Shown here in pieces: positions 50,263-62,770 of a stretch of 64,000 bases of DNA; within the stretch, counting starts at the first letter, position 1, and each line of letters opens with the position of its first letter. Source of the DNA: Podarcis vaucheri. Lineage: Eukaryota. The DNA lies in the NCBI GenBank assembly GCA_965113315.1, contig OZ220377.1. One strand, given 5' to 3'. The translations under genes and the position numbers were made by a program. Under the pieces are notes generated by a model. The model ran no database searches. It was not told the origin of the DNA and was given only the letters and a program-made list of their open reading frames with translations.

Positions 50263-51696
50263 CTGTTTGAGGAGGAGAAGGAAGAGCGTAGAGGGGTGGG
50301 TTAAGGGTGGGCATTTGAGGGCATCATGGACCGAGGGCCAAGGACCTGGAAATCCCCAATTTCGCATGCCTCGTTTCGAATTTGAAACATGCGTCCCAAG
50401 AATAATAATAATAGGTTTAAACTTCAGGTTGTGCCAATGCTAGTCCTGTGTGCAGCAGACCCACTGAAGTTAAGGGACATCGCGAACCCGGGTTCCTTGT
50501 TCTCAATGGGTCTACTCTGAGTAGGACTCAGTGAGATACCATGGGTTGAAATTTTAGATTCAACATTTGGCGAAAGCTCCTCCCGCCCCACCAATGTTTC
50601 CATTCCAGCTGGCTGTAAGAACTACCACTGCATTTTAAAAATTGGTTTGCAAGTTTGCTTTCACCCCTCTTCCCTCCCCATCCCTTTTTCCTCTTGTGTT
50701 GTGTCTAAGATTGCAAGGCTGCAGGCAAGTGCTGTCTTGGGGGTGGGGGTGGCATTGTTCTTGCATTCAGACTGCCTCCACACAAGGAAGCACTGTGTGT
50801 TATCCCGGTTAATATCCACTAAAAGGGCTCATCTTCCTCCACGAAGCTGTTTTTTATTTTAAACGGTGGATTCTGCAGCTTCAGTTCTTCAAGGGCGGAG
50901 AGAGGTGCTTTTTTGTTTTGGTGCCTTGATGCAATTCGTTCTGCAAAGCTTCCCTTGCAGTTAATGATGCAATGCCTGCCTTGTCAAAATTGCCTGTTGC
51001 AAAAGTGGTGACATTTCCCCCTATTTTTCTGGGACAGAGCTTTGCACAACTCAGGATGAGTTCAGCCAACACAATACGCAACCCCTTTAGAAAATAATTC
51101 ATATCCAGCAGTCTCTCCGGCAAAAGAGAAGCGTTCCTAGTCCTCGTGATTTTTATTTTTTATTTTAAAGTGGCAGAGTGCCATTGGTGCACACGGTGCG
51201 CATGGAATTTAAAGTTGAGCAACTGAGTGCAGGTCTCTGCTCCCAGAAGTTTGCAATAGATATTTCCAAGAAGGGAGGAGAAAATGAAAAGGGAGTATGG
51301 AGACAATATGAGCCAGTGGAGATATGTTAATTTGGGTGGGTGGGGACAACAGAGTGAAGGTTTGGGGGGGCAGATCTGTGACCCTCATATTGGACTCCAA
51401 TTCCCATCACCACTGACAACCGGCTGTGTGAGATGCTGTGGCTGTTGTTGTCTGCAGCGGGCCAGCTGTAAATCACACTGAGCAAGTTGGAGTTAACTCT
51501 TTATTAGCAAAACCACAATCTGCACAAGAGTGTCAAGCTTAATAAACACAGCAACTCATTTCTGGTAGGTCCTGCCACCATGAAGCTATTTAGGGAAGTT
51601 TTTAATATTTAATGCTGTATTGTTTTTAACACTCAATTGGGAGCCGCCCAGAGTGGCTGGGGAAACTCAGCCAGATGGGCAGGGTATAAATAATAA

Positions 51697-51753
<57 letters not shown>

Positions 51754-52189
51754 GCAGATTGAGGGTCCCCGCCTCCCCACAGCCGTCTAAGTCCCTTCCT
51801 CTCCAGGGTTTTTTCCTAGCAATCGTGACTCAGTGGCTGGGAGTGGTGACTGGGAGACCATATAACACTGGACCTACATTGGCTCCCAGTATGTTTCCAA
51901 GCACAATTCAAAGTGTTGGTGCTGACCTTGAAAGCCCTAAACAGCCCAGTAGACCTGAAGGAACATCTCCACCCCCATTGTCCAGCCTGGACACTGAGGT
52001 CCAGCGCCAAGGGCCTTCTGGCGGTTCCCTCCTTGCAAGAAGTGAGGTTACAGGGAACCAGGCAGAGGGCCTTCTCGGTGGTGGCACCCACCCTGTGGAA
52101 CGCCCCCCCCATCAGATGTCAAAGAAATAAACAACAATCTGACTTTCAGAAGACATCTGAAGGCAGCCCTGTTTAGGGAAGTTTTTAAT

Positions 52190-52801
52190 CATAGAATCAT
52201 AGAGTTGGAATAGACCACAAGGGCCATCGAGTCCAACCCCCTGCCAAGCAGGAAACACCATCAGAGCACTCCTGACATATGGTTGTCAAGCCTCTGCTTA
52301 AAGACCTCCAAAGAAGGAGACCCCACCACACTCCTTGGCAGCAAATTCCACTGTCGAACAGCTCTTACTGTCAGGAAGTTCTTCCTAATGTTTAGGTGGA
52401 ATCTTCTTTCTTGTAGTTTGGATCCATTGCTCCGTGTCCGCTTCTCTGGAGCAGCAGAAAACAACCTTTCTCCCTCCTCTATGTGACATCCTTTTATATA
52501 TTTGAACATGGCTATCATATCACCCCTTAACCTCCTCTTCTCCAGGCTAAACATGCCCAGCTCCCTTAGCCGTTCCTCATAAGGCATCATTTCCAGGCCT
52601 TTGACCATTTCGGTTGCCCTCCTCTGGACACGTTCCAGTTTGTCAGTGTCCTTCTTGAATTGTGGTGCCCAGAACTGGACACAGTACTCCAGGTGAGGTC
52701 TGACCAGAGCAGAATACAGTGGCACTATGACTTCCCTTGATCTAGATGCTATACTCCTATTGATGCAGCCCAGAATTGCATTGGCTTTTTTAGCTGCTGC
52801 G
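52190..52801 (-). mobile_element. Young CR1 LINE 3' fragment (RT C-terminus in open frame) nested in an L2 fragment
   Basis: [25 protein letters not shown]...LEKRRLRGD...[15 protein letters not shown]; ATTCTATG-type tail. Confidence 0.92.
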
Positions 52802-52880
52802 TTAATGTTTGATCGTGTTTTTAATCTTTTGTTTGGAGCTACCCAGAGTGGCTGGGGAAACCCAGCCAGATAGGTGGGGT

Positions 52881-52926
<46 letters not shown>

Positions 52927-53258
52927 TTCTTCAGAGTAGTCCCCATTTTCTCCTCTGCCCTTTTCATGCCTCTTCTGGTTCTGGGAGATACCGGTAAGTG
53001 TGGAGGGGAGCTTGTTGCAGAAAGAGGGCGAGACACCCATGACTTCACCAGCCATCTCTGTCTCTTAGCTTCCTGCATCCCAATTCCCCGCTTTAGCTTC
53101 TGCCTCTGTTTCTGCACTTCTCTCTGCCACAGACTCTACCAACTCACTAAGGTCTATTAACTCTACAGCTTCCAGCCCTTCCTCTTCCTAGTTTTCTCCC
53201 TCTGATCACTCATTGTCACACCACCAACCTACAGGCTCCGAGCCTTCTTCCCTTAGTG

Positions 53259-53394
53259 CAGGCATCCCCCAACTTGGCCCTCCAGAGGTTTTGGGACTAC
53301 AACTCCCATCATCCCTGACCACTGGTCCTGTTAGCTAGGGATGGTGGGAGTTGTAGTCCCAAAACATCTGGAGGGCCGAGTTGGGGGATGCCTG
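53259..53394. mobile_element. Short palindromic hAT MITE
   Basis: TIR CAGGCATCCCCCAACT, perfect 8-bp TSD CCTTAGTG. Confidence 0.9.
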
Positions 53395-54107
53395 CCTTAG
53401 TGGTTCCCCAGCTGGTTCCTCCCATCATTCCTCTGCTTCCAGCCAGTCCAGGGCAGTTATCTACACTGAACCCCTGCCTGAAACCCCGGAGAGCTGCTAC
53501 CAGCCAGTGTAGGCAGTATTGATCTAGATGGACAGCTTCCTATGAGGAGCAGTGCCATCCTCCTAGCGCTTCCTGCAACCCCCTGCACCTGAGTCAGAGA
53601 ACCTGCACTCCAGGTCTGGATCCGGGTCTCAGCAACAAAGGAAGCTGCCTTTGTAGAGTCAGACCACGGGGTCCATTGGACTTAGTGTTGTCTGCACTGG
53701 CTGGCAGCAGCTGTTCAGAATTTCAGGCAGGCAGTCTCAACCTGTCCTACCTGGCAATGGAGGTTGAACCCGGGTCCTTCTGCATGCAGAGCAAATTCTC
53801 TCTGCCACTAAACTAGGGCCCTCTCCCCGTCACAAACACACCCTAATTCCAATCTGGATGATCTCTGGGATCCCATCCATTGTATGATTCGGTGAAATAC
53901 GTCAAACCCAGCAGCAAGGGCTCCTTGACCTCAAGGCAGCCCCGATCACCACACATCTTTATTCGGAAGCATGCCTCTCTGGGATTTGTTCAGGCGGAAG
54001 AGGCCTGCAGTCCAAGCATCCTTATCTCTGGCAGGTGAAAGTCCTCTGATAAGCGCAGATGAAAATCTGCACACCTGGCTTCAGTTTACAAGCCTCTCTT
54101 TAATTAC

Positions 54108-54191
54108 CTGTCGTGCACGACGTCCTCGCAGCTGAAGATGACAATGATCCCGGAAAGAGTGGCCATCATGGCCTGGACAGACGACACCAGC
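54108..54191 (-). CDS. TLCD3A: TLCD3A exon 2 (84 nt)
   Basis: ccccag|G LVSSVQAMMATLSGIIVIFSCEDVVHD AG|gtaatt. Confidence 0.93.
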
Positions 54192-54421
54192 CTGGGGAGA
54201 AAACAATGGTCAACGAGGGAAATGTTTGTACAGTGGTACCTCGGGTTACAGACACTTCAGGTTACAGACTCCACTAACCCAGAAATAGTACCTCGGGTTA
54301 AGAACTTTGCTTCAGGATGAGAACAGAAACCGCGCAGCAGCAACGGGAGGCCCCATTAGCTAAAGTGGTACCTCAGGTTAAGAACAGTTTCAGGTTAAGA
54401 ACGGACTTTCAGAATGAATTA

Positions 54422-54590
54422 CTGTATTTTTTGCACCATAACACTCACTTTTTTCCTCCTAGAAAGTAAGGGGAAATATCTGTGCGTGTTATGGAGGGAA
54501 TGCCTACGGGTGGCATGCCTACGGATTTTCCTCCTCTAAAAACTACGTGCGTGTTATAGTTGGGTGCGTGTTATAGAGCGAAAAATACGG
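54422..54590. mobile_element. Tc2-like MITE nested at a TA inside a family-A MITE
   Basis: TA|CTGTATTTTT ... AAAAATACGG|TA; host sequence resumes gaatta|agttcttgacctgaggta. Confidence 0.8.
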
Positions 54591-55429
54591 TAAGTTCTTG
54601 ACCTGAGGTACACTGTAAAATGTATTTGTGTGGGGCACTCTCTCAGTGATTGCTTGACTTGTCTCATACTCTAAAGCAGACTATCAGTACAGTGCTGCCT
54701 CGGGTTACATATGCTTCAGGTTACATACACTTCAGGTTACAGACTCCGCTAACCCAGAAACAGTGCTTCAGGTTAAGAACTTTGCTTCAGGATGAGAACA
54801 GAAATTGTGCGGCTGCAGCAGGAGGCCCCTATTAGCTAAAGTGGTGCTTCAGGTTAAGAACAGTTTCAGGTTAAGAACGGACCTCCGGAACGAATTAAGT
54901 ACTTAACCCAAGGTACCACTGTACACTGTAGCTGGACTCCCATCATTCCCCTGACCACGGACTTGGCAAGCAGGGGCTGATGGGAATTGGAGTCTAACAT
55001 CATCTGGATGGCTGGCTGCAGGTTCCCCGGATCTAGACCTGCAGGATCCTAGAACTTAGGGGGTGCTTAAAATGAGGGTGAAGAAAGTGGACACAGAGAT
55101 GTTTCTGTGACCCATTTCTACAATTCCAGGATTCTGCGACTTCCTGACTGGCAGCTTATCATTTGAACTTTGGGGTGGGGCGGGAGAAAGGCTCAGTCTT
55201 GCCACAAATAGCTTCAAACTGAAATTGGCACGGTCACCACGTCCCGAGAGACAAAGTAAATACCCTTGAGTCAATAAACAGTGGTTTCCCTTTCTCGTAT
55301 TTATACATTGGTTCTCCGGCAGGGTCGTGTCGTTGGTTGAGTTTGGCCTTCCGTTGAGTCATCAGTTTGCATCTGGGTCCTGCTGGGCGACTCGTGAGCC
55401 GAGAGGAGAAGAGATGCAATAGCCAACTA

Positions 55430-56780
55430 TTTTGAATGTTCATGTATGCCACAGCCGCCCCAAGAACTTTACTGGCCCAAAGATGGAAAACACAAGATTT
55501 ACCAACCATCCAGGAGTAGCAGGTGACGATGATAGATTTTGCGGAACTTGCCAAATTGACAGGAAGGATCCAGGAGCAAGAGGACCAGAGATACAGTAAC
55601 AATTGGAATAAATTTGTTGAATATATAAGGAGAACAGCAAAAATATTAAGACACTAGCCGGACTGGAATAACAGCTCCCATGTAAAACAGTAGAGTTATG
55701 ACAATAATATACGCAAAAAGTATGTGATGTATATACCAGCGGTCGGGAGGAAGTCAGGACTCGGCAGAGTCAAAGGGATTATAATGTGACAAAAAGGGTT
55801 GTTGGGGAAAGAATTACATGTTGAAAACAATAAAAATTTATTTGGGGGGGGGGGAAGAATGGTGGGGGGCTTTTACTAGTGGGCCACGGGGCGTCTGTCT
55901 TCCCCAAATACCTCCAAGGATTTCCTGGACGTTGAAATGTTAAAAAAGGGAAGTGTTGGGTGTGAATTAGCGGGGGGCAAGAAATGTGCAGAAAGAGTGA
56001 AAATCATGAATTGTCTATTCTCCAAGGGAGTGGAGGGTGATTCTTTGGGGCAAGAGGGGGGCATTCTCCAGAAGAAGGCAAAAGGAGCAAATATGTCTCA
56101 TACTCATGATAATAAATGCTGGAAATGTAAGGAAAAAGAAGGAACCTTTTACTACATGTGGTGGACATGCCCCAAGGTAAAAGACTTCTGGGAAAGGATT
56201 TATAATGAACTGAAAAAAGTGTTGAAATCAGAAGCCTTTTGACTTGGTATAGTGGTGGGTGAAATCCCCCAAAAAGGATGTTACTTTTTTTCTGTATGCC
56301 ACAACAGCTGCGAGAATATTACTAGCGAAGAATTGGAAGAAACAAGATGAACCAACTATCGAAGAATGGCAGATGAAGATGATGGAACTTGCCAAACTGA
56401 CCGGGAGACTCCGAGACCAGAGAGAAGAGATGGTGGAAGAAGACTGGAAGAAGTTTAAAGAATATTTGAAAAAATAGGTTACTATTTAAATCTTAGAATA
56501 GCTCTGGAAGTGGATATAGGCTGTAGGGTTAGAAGTGGAAGACAGTGTATTTTAAAATAGTATTATTTGTAAGTGATAAAATGTGAAGATTTTTATGGTA
56601 AAAGTAACCGTGATAAAAAAAATGGCTAGAAATTATGATATATGTAAACTGCTAAAGATGAGGTAAAATGAAAATCAGATAGTGGGGACTTGGGGAAGCC
56701 CACCTAACAATGTTTAGAAAAAATAAGGATAAGACAAGAATTTGTTTGTATTGTTTGTTTTTCTGTTTGTGTTGTTTAGT
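55430..56780 (+). mobile_element. Two L1-like LINE ORF2 C-terminal fragments
   Basis: CWKCKEKEGTFYYMWWTC zinc-knuckle-like motif and FLYATTAARILLAKNWK; frameshifted, A-rich; boundaries approximate. Confidence 0.7.
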
Positions 56781-56786
56781 TGTGTT

Positions 56787-57267
56787 GTTGTTGTTCTTTA
56801 GTCGTTTAGTTGTGTCCGACTCTTCGTGACCCCCTGGACCAGAGCACGCCAGGCACTCCTGTCTTCCACTGCCTCCCACAGTTTGGTCAAACTCAGGCTG
56901 GTAGCTTCAAGAACACTATCCCTTTCTCCTTGTGCCCTCCCATCTTTCCCAACATCAGGGTCTTTTCCAGGGAGTCTTCTCTTCTCATGAGGTGGCCAAA
57001 GTCTTGGAGCCTCAGCTTCAGGATCTGTCCTTCCAGTGAGCACTCAGGGCTGATTTCCTTCAGAATGGAGAGGTTTGATCTTCTTGCAGTCCATGGGACT
57101 CTCAAGAGTCTCCTCCAGCACCAGAATTCAAAAGCATCAATTCTTCGGCGATCAGCCTCCTTTATGGTCCAGCTCTCACTTCCATACATCACTACTGGGA
57201 AAACCATGGCTTTAACTATACGGACCTTTGTTGGCAAGGTGATGTCTCTGCTTTTTAAGATGCTGTC
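56787..57267 (-). mobile_element. RTE-BovB LINE 3' fragment
   Basis: TKVRIVKAMVFPVVMYGSESWTIKEADRRRIDAFEFWCWRRLLRVPW; (CAA)n tail; 11-bp TSD TTAGTTGTGTT. Confidence 0.92.
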
Positions 57268-58631
57268 TTAGTTGTGTTATAAAATGAATTTTAAAAATTG
57301 GGGGGCGGGAGAAGAAGTCAAAGGGAGGCGGGCTGCCAAGTATCCTGTTCTGACAGTGGCCAACATGATGTGCCCAAGCAAAGCCTCCAAGCAGGATTTG
57401 AGAACCACGGCAATCAGTTTGCAATTCCCAGCAACTGGTATTCAGAGGTAGACTGCGCCTGGCTGTGGAGGGAGAACATTGCCACCATGGCTTTCTTTTA
57501 TCTGCCCTGAATCTCCCGACCTTCAGATCCATTAGCTGGCCACAGGTTCGACTGTTACGAGAGGCGAGGAAAGCTTTTCTCTACATACTTTCCCCCACAC
57601 CGATCCATCCTGTTCTCACGTTGTTATGCAAGAGGGAGAGAGAAACGTGTCGTCGTAATTCAACTTCTTGCCAGGATGCAGGTAATTCAATCAAATCTCT
57701 CTGTGTCTGGTGTGAATGGATTGATCAACCTGCTCTAGACGTGGAAACACAAGGGAACCACCTGGGTCTTCTGAGGAGGTTCCCTGTTGCAACTCTGCCA
57801 GAGTTGCTGCTCCAAACTCCCCTCGCTCAAAATCAAGAAGTGCATTCCCAGATCAGAAACAAACTGTCACTTAAGGCTCCCGCAGGGCCAAACTGCAATC
57901 TTGCATAGGAGGCTGCCCGGCGCATCTCTGGGTGATACCCTGGGATTTATTTTTTAGTGTGCAATCAGACACAAAACACCACTGATCCCTAAGAAGAAGC
58001 TGCCACTGAGACAGGATGTAAGCAAGGAGCAAAGTATGCTTTTGCCTGTAATGATTGTTTTGAAAATTATCATCGGGTGTGTGACGGGGCATTTGTGCAG
58101 TTGGGAAATCTGCTTTAAAACAAAACGCCGAGTCCCTGTTCTTCTCTCCAAATGTCAGGGAATTGCCTCCCCTAGGATGAGGCTGCCCGTTGCACCCCTG
58201 CACGAATCCCCGCTCCAGGATTCCCGTCTCCCAATCCAGAAGCACTCCCAAATTAGCATCCTGGGACAATATAGAGAGGTTGGTGTGTTCCTTTTGGGGA
58301 GAGGAGCCTATGATCTTGGCACAGTCTGTTAAATGGATGTAGGAGTCGAGTGTGCCTTGAAGTTCAATGTCGAAAGTCTTTTGATGTTTAAAGAGCATCG
58401 TGCATCTCAAGCATGCAGCCTACGATTCGGCTTGGGAAGCTCTGCTTTCAAGAGTTGGGTGGGAGGTTTGTGATGAATACACAGGAATTCTCCCCTCCCA
58501 GACCAGTCCTGAGCTGAATCTTCAAAGGGTTTTCTTTTCAGAGATGAGGAACGATGCATTTGTAAGTGAGGCAACAGCCTGACTGGGGAGGTTGGAGCAC
58601 TGGGGCAGAGACTTCACCAAAGCACTGTGTC

Positions 58632-58664
<33 letters not shown>

Positions 58665-59309
58665 TTATTATTTATACCCCGCCCATCTGGCTGGGTTTCC
58701 CCAGCCACTCTGGGCGTCTTCCAACAGAATATTAAAATACAATAGTCTATTAAACATTAAAAGCTTCCCTAAACAGGGCTGCCTTCAGATGTCTTCTAAA
58801 AGTCTGGTGGTGGTTTTTCTCTTTGACATCTGGTGGGAGGGCGTTCCACAGGGCGGGTGCCACCACCGAGAAGGCCCTCTGCCTGGTTCCCTGTAACTTG
58901 TCCACAGTGGCAGAGCATCTGCTTGGCATCCAGAAGGTCCTGGATCCAACCCCGGCATTTCCAGGCAGGGTTGGGTAATGCTCCCTGACAGGGAATCCTG
59001 GAGAGCCAGTAGCAGCGAGTGTCAGTAATACGGAGGAGGGTGAAACCAACAGCCTGACTGCGAGGAAGGCTGTGTTCTTGTGTAATAGTGAGGGTCATGG
59101 CACTGTTCCTGCGAACTCGTAGCCTCCCCTGCAGCAAAATAAACACCCAAACCCATTTCGCAAGCGACTTATCCCCAGCTAGGATGGTGGAGAGAGAGTG
59201 GAATCCAATTTGCAGAAGACACCAAGCCTGGAAGGGTAGCCAGTGCCGCAGAAGGCAGAACTGGGAATCCAGATTACCACAGCGGACAGGAGAACTGGGC
59301 CGAAACTAA

Positions 59310-60300
59310 CATGGATTTCAATAAGGGACACTTAGGCAGGAAGAAGCAGCTGGACAAATATAAGGTGGGGCTTGCTAGTAGGACATGTGAAAAGGATCTA
59401 GGGGTCTTAGTGGACCACAAGGTGGTCATGAGTCCATTGTGTGATGCAGCAGCAAAAAAAGTGAATGCTATTCTTGGCTGTATCAACAGAAGTCTAGTGT
59501 CCAGATGAAGGGAAGGAATAAAGGTAAAGGGACCCATGACCATTAGGTCCAGTCGTGACCGACTCGGGGGTTGCGGCGCTCAACTTCCAGGTCATGTGGC
59601 CAGCATGACTAAGCCGCTTCTGGCGAACCAGAGCAGCGGACGGAAACGCCGTTTACCTTCCCGCCAGAGCGGCACCTATTTATCTACTTGCACTGGTGTG
59701 CTTTCGAACCGCTAGGTGGGCAGGAGCAGGGACTGAGCAACGGGAGCTCACCCTGTCGTGGGGATTCGAACCGCTGACCTTCTGATCGGCAAGTCCTAGG
59801 TTCTGTCGTTTAACCCACAGCGCCACCCGGAAGGGAAGGAACAGTACCGCTCTCTTCTGCCTTGGTCGGACCACACCTGGAAGGCTGTGCCCTGTTCTGG
59901 GTGCCCCACTTTAAGAAGGATATTGACAAGCTGGAATGTGTGGAGAGGAGGGAGACAAAGATTATCATGGGGTGTGGAAACCAAGCCTGATGAGGTGGGT
60001 CTGTTTAGCCTGGAAAAGAGGAGACCGAGAGGAGAGATGATAGCCATCTTCAAATATCTCAAGGGCTGTCAGATGGATCAAGCCTGTTTTCTCCTGTTCT
60101 GGAAAGTAGGACTCAAACCAACGACTTCAAGTTTCAAGAAAGGAGATTCCGACTAAACATTAGGAAGAATTTTCTGACAGCAGGAGCTGTTTGACAGTGG
60201 AACGGGCTCCCTAAGCAGAGACCATCTGCCACAGATGCTTTAGTTGAAATCCCTGTATTGCAGGGGGTTGGACTAGATGGCCACTGGGGTCCCAACTCCA
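59310..60300 (+). mobile_element. Degraded CR1 fragment interrupted by a Sauria SINE (59519-59829, -)
   Basis: EKDLGVLVD...[16 protein letters not shown] and FSLEKRR...IAIFKYLKG; SINE has 12-bp TSD GAAGGGAAGGAA. Confidence 0.85.
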
Positions 60301-61699
60301 TGAAATGTCTGTCCTTCCAATAAACATAAGCCTTTCTTTGGGGATCTGGCTTCGGAACGATCTTGCTTCTCTTGTCCTGTTCCTTGACGACATTTCCATC
60401 CCAACTTTTCACCAGACCAAGCTGTTCCCAACTTCCCCCACATAACATACTGAGCATCCCATAGCGAAAGCTTCCTGCCATCTTTCCCATGACTCCGGTG
60501 GCTGAATTTGCACAAACACAGATCCTCCCCCTCTGGTTCCTAAATTGCAATTTTATCATTACAGTGGTACCTCGGGTTAGGTACTTAATTCGTTCCGGAG
60601 GTCCGTACTTAACCTGAAACTGTTCTTAACCTGAAGCACCACTTTAGCTAATGGGGCCTGCCGCTGCACTGCCGGAGCACAATTTCTGTTCCCATCCTGA
60701 AGCAAAGTTCTTAACCTGAAGCACTATTTCTGGGTTAGCGGAGTCTGTAACCTGAAGCGAATGTAACCCGAGGTACCACTGTATATGAATAATATTTATG
60801 TTTTTAAGAAGAAAATGTGCCATGAAGAGATTCACTCACTCGACATATGCAGCCTTCTACAGAGCAAAACCATCCGTAAATTTGACTCAGTATTGCCTGC
60901 ACTGACTGGCAGCCCCTCTCTCTTAGAGTTTCAGGGGGCCCTACTGCATGCACTGACCTGCAGCAGCTCCCTGGGATTTTACAGAGGGAGCCTCTCAGCC
61001 CTGACAGGAGATGCTATTGGTGATTGAACCTGCAGCCTTCTGCATGCAAGCTCAGTATGGACTGCACTGACTGGCAGCAGCTCTCCAGAGTTTCAGGGGG
61101 TTGAACTTGAGATGCTGGGGGTTGAACTTGAGACCTTCCGCATGCAAAGCAGATGCTCTGTTGCTAAGCAACAGGAGACATTCCCTGTGGCTCCCTAAGG
61201 ATAGATAGTCTCTTGCCTGCCTCGCAATCTTCTCTTTCATCTGCACAGGAATGTTCCTGCCTTATCGCTGCCCTGCCCTTAAACTCCTTTTGAAAGCCTT
61301 TGCCCTGCCCTTAAACCAGTGTTGCTGTTCTTAGGGAGGCAGGGAGAGACTCCCCTTCCTCCCATGGGCCTTAAGGGGTCCTCTTCCCTCCCCCCCCTCC
61401 GCAAGCCCCTCTGGATCCCCCAAACAGAAGAGGCAAAAAAGCAAATCTAGAGCAATTGCATTTCCCAAAGCCCGCCCGCCGAGGAACCCTGTGCGGCTCG
61501 TAAGCAGCCGGCTTTGCTCTTCAAACCACAGGCAGCCGAGCCTGGATGGAGAAGAGGTTTCTGAAAGTTCGCGCCAGCTGCTCGCTCTCCCTCGATCCCG
61601 GCCACGGAGAGCTGGATCCCTCCAGCCGGGGAAGGGAGAGGGAGAAAGAGACAAAGTCTAGGGGTAGCATCCAAAAGCTACACACATGGAAGTTAATAG

Positions 61700-62770
61700 A
61701 TCGCAGTGTGAGGCTTGTTGAGGCCGGCGGGTCTACTCTGAGTCGGGCTTACGCCGGATCCGACCCGGCTTCCCGCGCCTGCAAGAACTTTGCGCCGGCT
61801 TTTCATTCAACTCCATCCGGTTGCATAAGAGGATCCGGGTGGAATGCCTTCCTTTTTCCTCCGCCTCTCCCCCCTCCCCGCACCTCTGGCTTCCCGTCGG
61901 TCTCCCTCCCTCTCCCCCCCCCCCTCGGTGCCAGCCGGTACCTGCCGCTGAGGAGGATCCGGTCCTTGAGGCTCCATGCCGGCGCCAGCCAGCGCAGGCT
62001 GCGGACGGAGACTGCGAAAAGCCCCGGGAAGAAGAGAGCTCCGAGGGCCACCGTCTGCCACATCCCTTCCCCGGCTCCCCGCGAGCCTTTCCCCGGCTGC
62101 CGGCCGCCCAGGCGCTCCGGGGATCTGCTCCGGAGACAGAAGAGGCGCTCGCCAACGGGACGCCCGCCTCGAACGCCGTGTTTGTCAACAGCAGGCCGGG
62201 CGGCGGCGGCGGCGAAAGAGAAGGTGGAGCTGCCGCCGCCGTCGTCGTCGGGCGGGAGAGATAGTGAGAGAGTGATGGAAGGGGCGGGCGGTGGGCTGCC
62301 TTCTGCAGCGGCCGGCCCTTCCCTCCCCCAGAGCCGGTAGGAGCGTCAATGTGGGGTGCAGGGAAGTCGAGGAGGAGGAGGATCCTGTGTCGTCCGTCCC
62401 CTCGAAATAAATAAATTAAATAAATCTCCCGCCCCCTCGGGGCTGAACCCTTTGCAAGATCGGTTGCCGCTGCCCCGAACTGATGGAACGCCGGCAGCCT
62501 GAACGTTCCGCGCGATGGAACGCTCGGCGGCCTCAACGTTCCAAACCCCGCCGCGCGAAACGTTCCAACGTTCCACGGAGCTTTGAAGAAGTTGCTCCGC
62601 TCCCCAGGCGTGGGCGGGGCCGTAGAGTTCACGGAACGTTGACGGCGCGCTCCGAACCGCGTGGACTGCGGCCGCCGAGACTTCCGAGCGTTCCACCCCT
62701 GCCGCGAACACTCCGTTCCATTTTCCCCGCTGGATGGTTTCCGGGAAAGGGGGGTATACCGGGTGGGCGT
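61700..62770. promoter_or_regulatory. CpG island / TLCD3A promoter
   Basis: CpG-dense, GC boxes (GGGGCGGG 62281, GGGCGGGG 62612); boundaries approximate. Confidence 0.75.
61942..62063 (-). CDS. TLCD3A: TLCD3A (FAM57A) exon 1; total CDS 789 nt = 262 aa
   Basis: MWQTVALGALFFPGLFAVSVRSLRWLAPAWSLKDRILLSG-AG|gtaccg, inside a CpG island; synteny next to GEMIN4. Confidence 0.92.
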
